64,000 nt of DNA from an uncultured Methanosarcinaceae archaeon (lineage in GTDB: Archaea; Halobacteriota; Methanosarcinia; Methanosarcinales; Methanosarcinaceae), in assembly GCA_963733675.1 (NCBI GenBank), contig CAVTET010000001.1, positions 672,001 to 736,000 of the forward strand, in the 5' to 3' direction. The position numbers and the translations under genes are program-made. Below, in pieces: positions 22,411-34,907 of the stretch (positions are counted from its first letter, which is position 1; every line of letters starts with the position of its first letter). Under the pieces are notes generated by a model that was not told where the DNA came from, did no database searches, and saw nothing but the letters and a program-made list of their open reading frames with translations.

Positions 22411-22968
22411 TTAGAATTACCTCTAAACACTCCCAGAATTAATTTAGTTACTATAAGGGATTATGATCCAAATAAAATTAACACTGTTAAGAAATTTTAC
22501 AAAACTTACTCTTAAAAATTAATAGGAATGACAGTTATATAAATCTATTGTAACCAACATAGAAGCAGAGTAATAAATTAAAAGTAATTGCATCAGAAGA
22601 ACCTTGATAAGAGTGGTATAAACTTATATGTTTGAGATAAGAATCCAGGGAAAAGAATTTATAAATTTAAATAGTAATACTATATTTTGTATAGACATAT
22701 ACATTTTATTTCAAAAAACATCCAATAAAATGAAAATTAATCTCACTCTGATATGAGGTTTCTGCATCATAACAATTTATCCCTCCATCTAATACAATTT
22801 TACGCACTTAATCTCCCTCTTAGAGTACTTGCTGCATCGCTTCAAAATGAAAAATAAATACTAAAAAATAAACATATATTCTGAAAATATAGTTCTCCTG
22901 TGCGTCAGAACATTGTCAAAAAAAGAAGTTAAAAAATATGGATAAAGAGAATCATAATTTCGATTGTA

Positions 22969-22996
22969 AACCCCGCTGCAAGCAACTGGATATGTT
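22969..22996. repeat. Degenerate ACCCCGCTGCAAGC-type short repeat
   Basis: AACCCCGCTGCAAGCAACTGGATATGTT; similar copy at 13128. Confidence 0.5.
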
Positions 22997-23769
22997 TGCA
23001 CCACCTTCTGCATAAAGGAATTATTCGAAACCAAATATTTTCTATCGCCTTTATAATTCCTTTTCCTTTCTGTTACCCTGCCTTTCAACATCTTTATTAA
23101 TGACATCGAAAGATGTAACATCCTACATTCCAGATATATCGAATTTATTGCCTAACTACTCAATATTATTCACTGAAAGTTAGATTAATCTAACATGAAG
23201 TCAGTAACGAAACTGGTTCCTCAAGTTCACTATCCACCCTCTTTTTTAACAATTTACTGTTTACAAGTATAATACCAAATATTGTTTCATTTTCACTATT
23301 ATAAGGTAGGTGCTAATTCTTGAGGTCTGGGTTCACTACCTTATTATCTTAAATATAAAATAAGTAATAAGACACTAATGGGCTCATGGCAAGTTTCTCA
23401 TTCGATAGCAATAAAAATACGCCACCACAAAATCTTTCTGAAATCACTAAATTTATTGGTCTTCAAAAAATAAAGATTTTAGGGAGAAATCGGGATAAAC
23501 CCGGCTCTTTTAATGAACATCAAAGGAGTTAAATATTTTTTCTGCATTTAAAAGCCATATAATTGGCCACAAGTAGTATGTTTCATATGTATTGGAATAA
23601 TTGAATTTACAAATACATGGGCAAATAAAATATGAGGTCAGTAAAACAAGAATGCTATCAAAGTAATCACTGTCTGGAAAAATTTTCCGCTGTTTATTTA
23701 GGGCTGATAAAATCAGAAAATACATTTTATAAAAAATAGAATATAATTTACTTACATTAAAGTAAAAAT

Positions 23770-24166
23770 ATTACTGATTTTGCAGCTCCAGGAGAACTGC
23801 TTCCTACAGGCACTGTGGATGTAACATTGTTATTTTTGTGTTAATTCAGGGATTATGTTTCTGTTCCGGTTCGAAAAACATACCTTTGGTCCATCCGGGT
23901 GATTGCAACTCTATAAAACTATGGTCCTACATTTACTGAGGTTGCAACTTGGTTTGTTTCTTTGTCAATTACAAAAAAATGTTGCTGCCAAAGTTTTGAA
24001 TATATGCATCTGGAGATGCATATAAGATACTTACCAACATTAAAATCATAACTATTGAAACTAAGACTACTGAATACGATTTGTGTTTATGATCACGTAT
24101 TTCAACTCTTTTACCAATGTTATTAATTAGGAAAATTCGAAGATCGTTCCATCTGATTGTAAACAT
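23770..24166 (-). pseudogene. YVTN-type beta-propeller surface protein remnant
   Basis: Signal peptide then AYIQNFGSN, IDKETNQVATSVNVG, VAITRMD-QRY, NNNVTSTVPVGSSSPGAA in broken frames. Confidence 0.6.
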
Positions 24167-24414
24167 TCACCATTCTGATTCTGAGTATTGAAACACATTT
24201 AACTATTCTTATAAATTTATGTAGTTGTTAGTTATAAATAACATTAAAACATATTTAGGATCAAAAACAAAGGGTAGTATGCCTGCAAAATATTCTCTTT
24301 CGATAAAGTTCTCCTTGCAAATAACTCTGCATCCAAACCCGCAAGTATACCGATCATATGGCAAGACCTCCATGTATTTTGGCCAATGGCCGGTGGTATC
24401 AGATGTAATCAAGA

Positions 24415-24562
24415 AGATCCAAATCCGATGAAGCAATAGCAGCATTTGACAAAACAATTGAAATTAATCCGCTGGATTCAGAAGTTTGATACAATAAAGG
24501 AAGAGCTCTAAGTAAATCAAGTAAGTTAGATGAAGCCATAAAAGCGTATGACAAATCCCTTT
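24415..24562 (+). pseudogene. Decayed TPR repeats
   Basis: DEAIAAFDKTIEINPLDSEV*YNKGRALSK...DEAIKAYDK. Confidence 0.7.
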
Positions 24563-24596
24563 ATTAATATTCAAATCCATATCATGAGGATTAAAA

Positions 24597-25447
24597 TGAA
24601 CGAAACTAAATGTTATAAAGCAAGTAGAAAGCATACAATCATAACGATTTTAGGAATTACTGCACTGGCACTTTTAATTCTGGTGGGTATAGCAGGCGCA
24701 GCACAATCTTCAAATGTTTGGTTCCATAAAGGAAGCGAGCTAATGAGCTCAGAAAAGTACGATGAAGCCATAAAAGCGTATGACAAAGCAATTGGAATTA
24801 ACCCACAGAATCCAGACGCTTGGTACAATAAAGGGCTTGCTCTAGCTAAATTGGGCGAGTTAGATGAAGCAGTAAAAGCATATGACAAAGCAATTGAAAT
24901 TAACCCGCAGGATTCAAAAGCTTGGTACAAAAAAGGGAACATTCTAAGCAGATTAGGCAAATACGATGAAGCCATAGAAGCATATGAGAAATCAATTGAA
25001 ATACATCCGCAAAATTCAAATGCCTGGAACAATAAAGGAGCAACTTTAGCTAAATTCGGCAAGTTAGATGAAGCAGTAAAAGCATATGACAAAGCAATTG
25101 AACTTAACTCAACGGATTCAGAGGCTTGGGATGGTAAAGGCGTAGCTTTAGGGAACTTAGGCATATACAATGAAGCAATAAAAGCATATGACAAGGCAAT
25201 TGAAATTAACCCGAGGGATTCAGATACTTGGTACAATAAAGCAGTTACTCTAAATAAATTAAATAAAACCGATGAAGCAATAAAAGCATATGATAAAGTA
25301 ATTGAAATTAACCCGAAGAATCCAGATGCTTGGTACAATAAAGGACTTGCTTTAGCAAAATTAAAAAAGTTCGATGAAGCAATAGGAGCATTTATTAAAG
25401 CAACTGAAATTAACCCGCACATCAAAAGCTTGGCACAAAAAAATTAA
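24597..25447 (+). CDS. Secreted or membrane-anchored TPR repeat protein
   Basis: Signal/TM segment followed by about seven 34-aa repeats (DEAIKAYDKAIEINP..AWYNKG); GAGG SD before ATG 24597. Confidence 0.9.
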
Positions 25448-25546
25448 CTTATATAAATAGAATAAATATGATAAAAGACAATTGGTAAGATAAAGGAATT
25501 TAATCCAAATAGATTAAATAAAACCGATTTGTAGGTTGAATAGTTG

Positions 25547-25717
25547 CTTAATTTTCATTTATATTTTATCCTTTGCGAGATAAATTTAGCAACTTTTTGG
25601 ATTTTACCGTAACACATGTTTTAATTAAGACTATTTATTTCTGCACAATCAGGTAAAAATGTCCTATTATTTTGGCTGAGAAATGAGGAAATAGGTAGGT
25701 TTTTTCATAAAACTATG
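25547..25717 (+). repeat. ~172-bp dispersed non-coding repeat, family B copy 1
   Basis: Aligns with 43811-43983 and 51961-52134; core CACAATCAGGTAAAAATGTCCTAT. Confidence 0.75.
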
Positions 25718-26812
25718 TATGCATCAATATTTTATTAATCACTATTTTATCAAATGAGGAAAAGGGAATTATGAGGTCTCAAAATCTTCATAATGGTTTT
25801 AAACTTGGAAATGAAACATAGAAAATACAAAAAAGAAATAAATCAAAAATTATTCCATATCTTTCAATCTTTTTGTGACCATAGAATTTCGAGCGTATTA
25901 AACGTAAATAAAAAAATACCCTTTTATTCAATAAGTCCCTTAAACTGTTAGTTTGTCAATAGTCCTCTAAAGTTATCGTCTTTTTTGCGATTTCTTTACA
26001 CGATGAGTCAAGCCAGATGACTTTTTTTAATTGAGAATTGAGCTAACCTTTAGTGATGAGAGAATAAAAAATTACACTATTAATACCAAGCATCTGAATG
26101 TTATGATCCATTTAAATTGATTTGTCATATACTTGTATTGCTTTATCCGATTTATTTAAATCATCCAGAGCAGCCCCTTTATTACTCCAAACTATTGAAG
26201 TTTCATGCCTGAAAATAAACTCTCGCAGGTGGTTCTTTATATTGGAGCTCTCACCATAAAAATTAACATCTCCAAAAAATTAGATGAAGGTATTTATCAC
26301 CAAATGTATGTATAGATCTGTTAATCATAAATATAAAGTTGAAAGAAATAAAGTACGGGAAAAAACGGAAAGAAAAGGGAGATAATTTCTTCTACTACTT
26401 TTTTCATGCTTTATAAAGTTATACAACGCTAGATGAATTAAATATGAATATCACATTCAAGAATATCTATGTTTATTATAATTGTAAATAATCAATGGGG
26501 TACTAGAATAATAGCATAAAGGCATGTCTCAAATAACTCCGATCTACCTACTGAGACGATATGAATTCCCACGATCATACCTCAGATTTAGAAAATTTAT
26601 ATGAGAATATCACATAAGCAACTAGGAAAAGTATAGAAAGAGACAAGTAGCATATGAGGGTGACAAAACTTCAGATGATATTAGTATGGACTTTGGACAG
26701 AGGTTTGAGATTAAATACGTATTTGTAAACTTTATTGAAAAATGTCTCCGGAAAAAGAAATTTGCACAATAGTTTCATATTACGCAAGCTCTTAATTTCA
26801 TAGGGTGTTCTG

Positions 26813-28012
26813 ATGATAGAAAAGCGCTTTGTTTATATGGACCACGCAGCCACAACTTTCACAAAACCTGAGGTGGCTGAGTCTATGCTACCTTTTTTGA
26901 AAGAACGTTTTGGAAACCCTTCTTCAATGTATTCAATAGGTAGAGAGGGCAAAGAAGCAGTTGAAAAAGCCCGTGAGCAGCTTGCAAAAGCCCTCGGGGC
27001 TAAACCTGAAGAAATATATTTCACTTCAGGAGGAACCGAATCCGATAATTGGGTTATTAAGGGAACTGCCTTTTGCAGGCGAAAGAAAGGGAAGCATATA
27101 ATAACTACTGCAATAGAACATCATGCAATTCTTCATCCCTGTGAGTATTTGGCAACACAGGGTTTTGAAGTGACCTACCTACCAGTGGATAACTATGGGA
27201 TTGTCGACCCTGAAAAGGTGAGAGCTGCAATCAGGGAGGATACTATCCTTATCTCGGTCATGTATGCAAATAATGAAATTGGAACCATAGAACCAATTCA
27301 AGAAATAGGTGCGATTGCAAAGGAGCATGACATTTTATTCCATAACGATGCCGTGCAGGTAATTGGGACTGTACCCCTTGAGATGAAACATAAGCACAAA
27401 AACGTGGACCTGCTCTCGTTATCCTCTCATAAGTTCTACGGGCCAAAAGGAATTGGAGCCCTTTATCTCAGAGAAGGGACTGAGATAGATAATCACATCC
27501 ATGGAGGTGGACAGGAGCGAGGAAAGAGAGCAGGGACTGAGAATGTAGCAGGCATAGTAGGGATGGGAAAGGCAATCGAACTTGCAACTACAAATATTGA
27601 AGATCACAATGAAAAGATTAAAAAAATGAGGGGTCGTCTGTTGTCTGGAATCCTGGATATTTCCAGCTGCAGGTTGAACGGGCATCCGGAAAAACGTCTT
27701 CCTGGAAACCTTAACTTCAGTTTTGAATACATTGAAGGGGAAGCCTTGCTTCTTATGCTTGATGAGATGGGCATCTGCAGTTCCACAGGCAGTGCCTGTT
27801 CTTCCGGATCTCTTGAACCATCACACGTGTTAAGTGCAATAGGTTTGTCACCGAAAATAGCTCAGGGATCTCTACGCCTAACGCTGGGGGATGCAAACTC
27901 GGAGGAAGATATCGATTATGTTCTCAAAATACTGCCTGAAACTGTAGGGAAGCTTAGAGCCATGTCTCCGTTCTATAAACCTACAAATATGTGCAATAGT
28001 TCCGATGTTTAG
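26813..28012 (+). CDS. nifS: Cysteine desulfurase (NifS/IscS type)
   Basis: YMDHAATT, GNPSS, SSHKFYGPKG (PLP lysine), STGSACSS. Confidence 0.93.
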   Translation: MIEKRFVYMDHAATTFTKPEVAESMLPFLKERFGNPSSMYSIGREGKEAVEKAREQLAKALGAKPEEIYFTSGGTESDNWVIKGTAFCRRKKGKHIITTAIEHHAILHPCEYLATQGFEVTYLPVDNYGIVDPEKVRAAIREDTILISVMYANNEIGTIEPIQEIGAIAKEHDILFHNDAVQVIGTVPLEMKHKHKNVDLLSLSSHKFYGPKGIGALYLREGTEIDNHIHGGGQERGKRAGTENVAGIVGMGKAIELATTNIEDHNEKIKKMRGRLLSGILDISSCRLNGHPEKRLPGNLNFSFEYIEGEALLLMLDEMGICSSTGSACSSGSLEPSHVLSAIGLSPKIAQGSLRLTLGDANSEEDIDYVLKILPETVGKLRAMSPFYKPTNMCNSSDV

Positions 28013-28195
28013 TAGTTATGAATGGATACTCTTATTAGGTTACAATTTTTGTTCTCAATACCCCATAAAAATCAAGTCACAAATTTATAATTCCATTTTT
28101 TGTAGTAATCTCTAGAAAATTCAATATTGTAGAGTTATGATGTAAAAATTATGCATCTTCTACATTGAACTATTTTGTAATTTTTATGACATTAT

Positions 28196-28284
28196 AAGAA
28201 TTTGATAAGTTCCTAAATTTCGTCATATACGTATAACTGGTCTAATAAAAAACTCGTGAAAGTTAATAATTTATCGAAACCATC
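28196..28284. repeat. Degenerate family A inverted-repeat element
   Basis: AAGAATTTGATAAGTTCC ... TTTATCGAAACCATC with the same spacing as other copies. Confidence 0.5.
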
Positions 28285-28462
28285 TATGTTCATTTGCGGA
28301 TAAATACTAAATAGTAAGTTGGAGAATTCTCATCGAATTCCAGAGAAGTTATATTTATTTCAAAATTGGTAACTCTAAAAATCAATAATCTCTACGAAAT
28401 TCAATCCCTGGATAACTATTCTTGAGATTAATCTGCACTTTATCCTGTGGAGGAGATATTAT

Positions 28463-29512
28463 ATGGCCTGGATAGGACCGGAAGTAACCAAAAAACCCCA
28501 AAAACCGATGTTTTTATGCGTGCTTTCAAATACTAAAACCGCGCATATCCCGAAGATTTCGGCCGCAGGGAATACGGCTGAACTTACAGACTTTACACCT
28601 GCAGGTGATGCAGAACTTATAGAAACTGGAGACATTATAAGTGTACCAGTGCTTCCTATGACTCCTCCTTATGGCACTCCTACCCCCGCAATTATAACTC
28701 GTTCGGCATTGGAGCTTACAGACGTTCCATACAATTTCATTAATTCTGGCCTCATTGTAACTCCCTATGTCCCATGCATAGACATGAAAGCGAAACCCGG
28801 AGAAGATATACGGGAGCAGATTGCAGTAAGGGATGTACAACAAATTTTTGAAAGGGCAAAATTCCTATCCAGAAGACTTCGAAATCAGGTAGATTATGTA
28901 ATTATCGGAGAAAGTATCCCAGGGGGCACAACAACTGCAATGGGAGTTCTAATGGCTTTAGGCTATAAAGGAAATGTTAGCAGTAGCTCAAATGAAAACC
29001 CCATTGAGATCAAGAAACAGGTTGTTGAGAAAGGTATGAAAGCATCAGGTCTTATATTTGGCTGTCTGAAAAACGATCCCATGAAAGCTATTGAATGTAT
29101 GGGAGATCCAATGATGCCTGCTGTCATCGGCCTTGTAGCAGGCTTTCAAAGTACAGAAATAAGTATTATCCTTGCTGGTGGAACTCAAATGGCGGCAGTT
29201 TACGCCTTGATAAAACACTTGGGATTTAATACTGAAAAACTTGCAATCGCTACTACCCGTTACGTAGTAGAAGATAAATCCGCAAATTTTATTGAACTTA
29301 CCAGAATTCTTGGTGTACCTATGGTTTATGTCGCTGATCCAGGTTTTGGGAAATCCTCATTAAAGGGGCTTCAAAGGTATGAGACAGGCACAATCAAGGA
29401 AGGTGCAGGTGCCGGTGGTGCCATGCATCTTGCAGGCTTATATGGGATCTCCCAAGATGATTTCAGAGCTGAAGTCGAAAATATCTGCATATTACTCAAA
29501 ACTGGACATTAA
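28463..29512 (+). CDS. cobT: Archaeal nicotinate-nucleotide:dimethylbenzimidazole phosphoribosyltransferase
   Basis: [26 protein letters not shown] motifs. Confidence 0.85.
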   Translation: MAWIGPEVTKKPQKPMFLCVLSNTKTAHIPKISAAGNTAELTDFTPAGDAELIETGDIISVPVLPMTPPYGTPTPAIITRSALELTDVPYNFINSGLIVTPYVPCIDMKAKPGEDIREQIAVRDVQQIFERAKFLSRRLRNQVDYVIIGESIPGGTTTAMGVLMALGYKGNVSSSSNENPIEIKKQVVEKGMKASGLIFGCLKNDPMKAIECMGDPMMPAVIGLVAGFQSTEISIILAGGTQMAAVYALIKHLGFNTEKLAIATTRYVVEDKSANFIELTRILGVPMVYVADPGFGKSSLKGLQRYETGTIKEGAGAGGAMHLAGLYGISQDDFRAEVENICILLKTGH

Positions 29513-29592
29513 AAAAGAAAAACTAATTTTAGATCGATTTTTATGAATGAATTAATTTTTTTGAGAATATATGTGCATATAATTATCATTCT

Positions 29593-29684
29593 TGGAGGAT
29601 TTCGATAAACTCCATATTTCGTAATATGCTTACAAATGGCGCATAATTGACTCGTAGAAATTAGAAGTTTATAGAAATCATCCA
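29593..29684. repeat. Family A inverted-repeat element
   Basis: TGGAGGATTTCGATAAACTCC ... GAAGTTTATAGAAATCATCCA. Confidence 0.7.
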
Positions 29685-29862
29685 TAATGATTTTATTGAA
29701 GTCACATTTTCCTTGCCGTTTTCCAACAAAAAAGAAGTAATGAGCCGATGACTTAAAAACGAAGGAAGAACAAAAAGAACTGAGCTTTAAGGAAAATTTA
29801 AGGAGAGTTGGAGTAAATTAACGGAATACTGAGGAGCCTACTGCTTAGATTCGGGTGAAAAT

Positions 29863-31764
29863 ATGGAAAAATATGATTATAATGAACTTGGACTGAAAGC
29901 CGGGCTTGAAATTCACCAACAGATTGATTCAAAGGAGAAACTCTTTTGCAGATGTCCCAGTATGATAAAATATGTCGGGGATTCGGATTTCGAGTTTTTC
30001 AGATATCTCAGAGCTACAGAAAGCGAGATGGGAGAAAAGGACAGAGCCGCTGTAGAGCAGACCAAAATAAGGAGAAAGTTCATCTATAAAGCTTATGACA
30101 CGACCTGTCTCATAGAAAACGATGAAGAGCCTCCGAGGGAACTCAATAAGGAAGCCCTGGATATTTCCCTTGAGGTTGCAAAGCTTTTCCATATGAAGCC
30201 TGTAGACCAGATGCATGTCATGAGGAAAATCGTGGTGGATGGATCAAATACTAGCGGTTTTCAGAGGACCGCTTTTCTGGCAAACAATGGGTATATAGAA
30301 ACATCGGAAGGTCTCTGTGGAATTGAAAGTCTATGCATAGAAGAGGAAGCTGCCCAGAAAATAGAGGAAATAGAGGACTCAATCGTATATTCCCTAGACA
30401 GGTTGGGAATTCCACTGGTGGAAATTGCAACTGCGCCGGATATCAAGTCCCCTAGCCATGCAAGACAAGTTGCAGAGCAGATTGGAATGATTCTCAGATC
30501 AACTGGAAAAGTAAAGAGAGGGCTGGGCACAATCAGGCAAGATGTAAATATCTCAATTGCAAAAGGCGCAAGAGTAGAAATAAAAGGAGTACAATCTCTT
30601 GATCTCATAGAAGATATCATTCGCAGAGAAGTTGAAAGACAGCTGAACCTTCTTTTAATCCGGCAGGAACTCCTGGAAAGAAAGGCCTTTGTCTGTGAGG
30701 AGATATATGATGTAACAGAGCTGTTCATAGACACAAAGGCTAAAGTCCTGCAAAAATTTGTTAAGAAAGGCGCCATTCTGGCTGCTCGCCTAAGAAAATT
30801 CAAGGGGTTAATAGGCAGAGAAGTTCAGCCTGGAAGAAGGCTCGGTACCGAACTTTCAGATAGGGCTAAAACTGCAGGAGTAGGAGGCATTTTTCACACT
30901 GATGAACTTCCTAATTATGAAATCACTGAAAAAGAAGTTTATACTGTAAGAAATACGATCTTTGCATGCAAAGATGACGTCATAATACTAGTTGCTGAAG
31001 AGTCCAAAAAAGCTAGGCTTGCAATTGAATCGGTTATTACAAGGGCAAGAGAAGTCATTGAAGGAATCCCAGAAGAAACCCGAAGAGCCCTTCCAGATGG
31101 AAACACTGCTTATATGCGTCCTCTTCCAGGCGCTGGAAGAATGTATCCTGAAACTGATGTTCCTCAAATAAAAATATCTCAGGAGTACTTCGATGCAATT
31201 GAGACCCCGGAACTTTTGACAGACAGAGCAAAACGTTTTGTTTCAGACAGCGGTCTGAATAAAGAGCTTGCAGAAAAAATAGCTTATTCAAGATATCTAC
31301 CCCTATTTGAAAATTTAATTGGAATCTACAGCAAAGACTCTAACGTAAATTCAACCATGATTGCCCGGACTCTTGTGGGAATAGTCCCGGAAATTAGGAG
31401 AAATGGTGTTGAGACAGATAAACTTAGAGACTATCATTTCAAAGGACTTTTTACAGCCATTTCAAAGCAGGAAATAGCTAAAGAAGCCATTCAGGATATT
31501 TTGACTGCCCTTGCAAAAGAACCTGAATTGACCACGCAGGAAGTTATCTCAAAGCTCGGACTCAGTATTTTTGATCCAGAAAAAGTTGAAAACTTCATCA
31601 AAAAAATGGTACGAGAAAAAGGAGATTTCATCAAGGATAAAGGCTCAGCAGCTCTTGGTCCCCTCATGGGTATTGTTATGAAGGAGTATAGGGGCACATT
31701 AGATGGGAAAATTCTTAGCCAAATGCTGAAAAAGGAGATAGATGCTTTTATTGACCAAGGATAA
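29863..31764 (+). CDS. gatE: Glu-tRNA(Gln) amidotransferase subunit E
   Basis: [36 protein letters not shown]. Confidence 0.97.
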   Translation: MEKYDYNELGLKAGLEIHQQIDSKEKLFCRCPSMIKYVGDSDFEFFRYLRATESEMGEKDRAAVEQTKIRRKFIYKAYDTTCLIENDEEPPRELNKEALDISLEVAKLFHMKPVDQMHVMRKIVVDGSNTSGFQRTAFLANNGYIETSEGLCGIESLCIEEEAAQKIEEIEDSIVYSLDRLGIPLVEIATAPDIKSPSHARQVAEQIGMILRSTGKVKRGLGTIRQDVNISIAKGARVEIKGVQSLDLIEDIIRREVERQLNLLLIRQELLERKAFVCEEIYDVTELFIDTKAKVLQKFVKKGAILAARLRKFKGLIGREVQPGRRLGTELSDRAKTAGVGGIFHTDELPNYEITEKEVYTVRNTIFACKDDVIILVAEESKKARLAIESVITRAREVIEGIPEETRRALPDGNTAYMRPLPGAGRMYPETDVPQIKISQEYFDAIETPELLTDRAKRFVSDSGLNKELAEKIAYSRYLPLFENLIGIYSKDSNVNSTMIARTLVGIVPEIRRNGVETDKLRDYHFKGLFTAISKQEIAKEAIQDILTALAKEPELTTQEVISKLGLSIFDPEKVENFIKKMVREKGDFIKDKGSAALGPLMGIVMKEYRGTLDGKILSQMLKKEIDAFIDQG

Positions 31765-31776
31765 AACTCTGCCCGA

Positions 31777-32150
31777 TTGATCTCACTTGGAAAGAAAGTA
31801 CATAACCAACTGGTCCATCACCTACGGATCAAAGGTAACAATGTTGCTTCTAATGCAGGTTGCTTAGGCAGCAGCAAGAAAAAAAAGCAAGTTAAGATCA
31901 TTTTTATAAATCTGAAGAAGAAATCAATTGGGTATGAAAAAGCAATTATTACTTTGACAAGGAAAATTACCACAATTATATTGCACCTGATTGCAAAAGA
32001 CAGAAAAGCCACCCGTTGATTAGGATAAGAGATGAGATTATAACTGCTGGATCACTTTCTAGAGACTTTAAAGCCATTATAGATGGAGACCTGATATCAT
32101 CAAGGAGCACATATGACCGTTATGCTTTTGGAGAGAAATGATTAAACTGG
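31777..32150 (+). pseudogene. IS110 family transposase 3' remnant
   Basis: IGYEKAIITLTRKITTIILHLI resembles the IS110 C-terminal KAIxAxARK motif. Confidence 0.55.
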
Positions 32151-32288
32151 GTAAGTAGTGTAAAATCAAACTAGTCTATTTTTTAACCTTGATTATTAAT
32201 TTTTGAAAACTTAGAAAATTTCTAATTGTATTAAATATATATAAGCAATGTAGGAATCATCTCTGCAGAAATTCTTTGAAATGATAAT

Positions 32289-32600
32289 AGGACTTACGCA
32301 GCTGAACTTATAAATCGATAATATTAAACAGAAGCTGCATAATGCAAGAATTTTGCTTCGAGGTCTACTGGACTTGATTTTACACCACTAATTGGAAATC
32401 ACAATTTAAGATAATCTCTTAATTCATTGTATTTTTTGACAGCAAATCTCGAATCCGTTGAACAGGCCTTTAAAGACAAATTTGCCCCATTAAATATTTT
32501 TTTACAGATTCAAAATCCTAAGATACTCTATTTTCCATTGTTTTCTGATGGAGTACAAATTTTTAATTTTGCAGGTTTTAAAGCTGTATTCTTTTTTGAC
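32289..32600 (-). mobile_element. Probable degenerate IS end/remnant
   Basis: Begins AGGACTTACGCAG, an end motif I recall from Methanosarcina IS elements; inner frames are broken. Confidence 0.35.
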
Positions 32601-32604
32601 ATTA

Positions 32605-33094
32605 TCATTTTATGATAAACTTTCTCTTTTCAGTATTTATACTGAGGTTCTGATTTCTGGACAGGATAGGGTACAAAAGCTAAAGGGATTAAGTTAATCA
32701 GGTAGCTCAAAAGCTTTAATAAACCTTTTAATTCTATCCTTCATAGGACAGATTCCTGTCCAGATTGCTCCAAGCCCCAAAGCATGAGCTGCAAGTAGAA
32801 GAATCTGGGTTGTTGCCGAACAGTCCTGCACCCAGTATCCAGGAGCTATTTCCTGAGTCGTATCCCCACAGACAAAGATTTTCAAGGGGAATTTACCTGC
32901 ACAGCTTGCATGTGGGGATCCCCTCAAACAATTTTTGCTCATCAGTAACAATGAAGACCCAGGGATTGGCATTAACTGCAGATGGAGTGCTCATTGCAAC
33001 CTTGAGCAATTCTATAACAAGCCCCCCCAAGAAACTAAGTTTTCGGTGTATTTTCGAATGCTCTCCTAGTTTAAATCGCTTCAAGAGTCTCCAT
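32605..33094 (-). pseudogene. Nitroreductase family pseudogene
   Basis: METLEAI*TRR-SIRKY, AMSTPSAVNANPWVFIV, QDCSATTQILLLAAHALGLGAIW split over several frames. Confidence 0.85.
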
Positions 33095-33177
33095 GTTAAG
33101 ACTTCCTTTATCCAGTCCGAAAGATCTAAGTGAGGAAATGTCTCGCATGTCCCTTCTAACCATTCTTTACTTTGTCA

Positions 33178-33735
33178 TTATTTGAATAGCTTCAGGCCGG
33201 CAGCTTTTGCTTTCTTCATAAGCTCGGCATCATTCATTACTTCTCCTGGAGTATGGTATCCAGCTGCAACAAGAGTATCCTTTACATCCATTCCCATAAA
33301 GCGGGAAATTTGGCCTCCAAATTCTTCATAGACCCCTTTATATGCTGCAGGATCAGGCATACCCTGGGCTACCACAATTATGGCTTTTTTTCCACATGGA
33401 AGGCGGGTAGAATGATCTGAATTTATTAGGGAATAGCAACGATCCAAGAAGAGCTTCATCTGGCCTGAAAACTGACCAAAATAAATAGGAACCCCAAAAA
33501 TAACGCCATCAGCTTCTGCTAATTCTTTGAAAAGCTCTACAAGGTCATCTTCAAGTTTGCACTTCTCATGAGACTTACAGTAGTCACAGGCCTGACAGCC
33601 ACTGTACTTCATTTCGTTAAGGAGAAAAGTCCTAGTCTTTGCCCCAGCTTCGACCTCTCCTTCAAGAACCTGCTGGACGAGAGTGTTTGTGTTTCCATTT
33701 TTGCGGGGACTTCCTACAATACCTATAACTTTCAT
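33178..33735 (-). CDS. Iron-sulfur flavoprotein (Isf/flavodoxin family)
   Basis: GSPRKNGNT and Cx2Cx2Cx5C (CQACDYCKSHEKC). Confidence 0.9.
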   Translation of the reverse strand: MKVIGIVGSPRKNGNTNTLVQQVLEGEVEAGAKTRTFLLNEMKYSGCQACDYCKSHEKCKLEDDLVELFKELAEADGVIFGVPIYFGQFSGQMKLFLDRCYSLINSDHSTRLPCGKKAIIVVAQGMPDPAAYKGVYEEFGGQISRFMGMDVKDTLVAAGYHTPGEVMNDAELMKKAKAAGLKLFK

Positions 33736-34430
33736 TCCATTATACCTCTCATTCTTTAAATTGAATAGGACTATGAACTAAAGAAACAAAATCAAATACT
33801 TTTGACGTTATGATCAACTTTATGTTTCATCAGTTAAAGGTTTAATACTATTAATTCTTTAGTTCCACTAATAAGCTCTAATAAAACTAATTACATGAGT
33901 TCTAAAACTGGGTAATTAAATAAATTTATTTTTGGAAATAAGTCCGTAAATATTCAGTTGAATTTTTAGACCAAAGATTTTCAGAACTATTGCACTAGTA
34001 AACTTATCGATAACTAGTCCTACTTTTTCGAGTATAGTTCCATAAATAATAGTGTATAGTTATTTTTTTGTTCAGCTTTCAGAGTAAAATCAAAAGATTA
34101 TGACGTGACAATGGAAAGACCATTAAAAGAACATCTTCTGGTTATAAGGGATATATTAAGAAACACGAGCCTCAGCTCAAAAATAGCTCAGGGGGAACAG
34201 CTTATACAGTAATTGAAAAAAAATATTCAGACAGGGTAATAACTGAGGTCAGCGTCCAAAGACTACATAGATCCTCATTTTGTAAGCAATATGACAAATT
34301 TAGTTTATGTGTCCTTTATGATATAAGGGGAATTTTTCATAAATCAAATACAATCGGCAACATTTTCAGAAAAGTATATATATACAAAGACTTAAACAGT
34401 GTTTAGTAAATAATTTATGAGGTGATCTTT

Positions 34431-34715
34431 ATATCCAACATGAGAAATTTTGTTTTACGGGACAAAGACGGCAATGAACAGGGAATTTTCACTGGAAAAC
34501 AGCCTCGACAAGCTGCTTTGAAAGCTGCAAATCGAGGCAAGGGGACAAAATCTAAACCGGAGATTATCCGCCTCAGGGAACGCGGAACAAAGAAAGTACA
34601 TGTTTTCAAAGCATGGAAGCAAATTGTCGAAGCTCCAAAAAATAAGCCTAGCTGGATGCCAGAAAAAATCAGCAAGCCCTTTGTCAAGAAAGAGAAAATA
34701 GAAACAATCGAATAA
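34431..34715 (+). CDS. Non-histone chromosomal protein MC1 (start at ATA 34431 or ATG 34440)
   Basis: RNFVLRD..G.E.G.FTGKQPRQAALKAANRG...IRLRERGTKKVHVF. Confidence 0.95.
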   Translation: MSNMRNFVLRDKDGNEQGIFTGKQPRQAALKAANRGKGTKSKPEIIRLRERGTKKVHVFKAWKQIVEAPKNKPSWMPEKISKPFVKKEKIETIE

Positions 34716-34907
34716 ATATAGTTTCCCTTATATGCCCTGGAAATCGAGGTTCTTTCATTTCCTTTTCGAGATTCATAAACGGAATTTGCCTGAAAATGTT
34801 GTTTCATAGCTAAGACTGTTTGATTGAACAACACTTTTCTCCTGCAAATTCAGTGTTTCAGTCCAAAAATCACTAAATCTTGGACCATAGTCCATAAGGC
34901 TGGACTT

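Noticed and set aside
24700-25430. 102-bp periodic repeats as a CRISPR array or DGR-like repeat
   Set aside because: They are in-frame TPR coding repeats with no spacers; no cas or reverse transcriptase gene is present. The antisense 270-aa ORF is a shadow.
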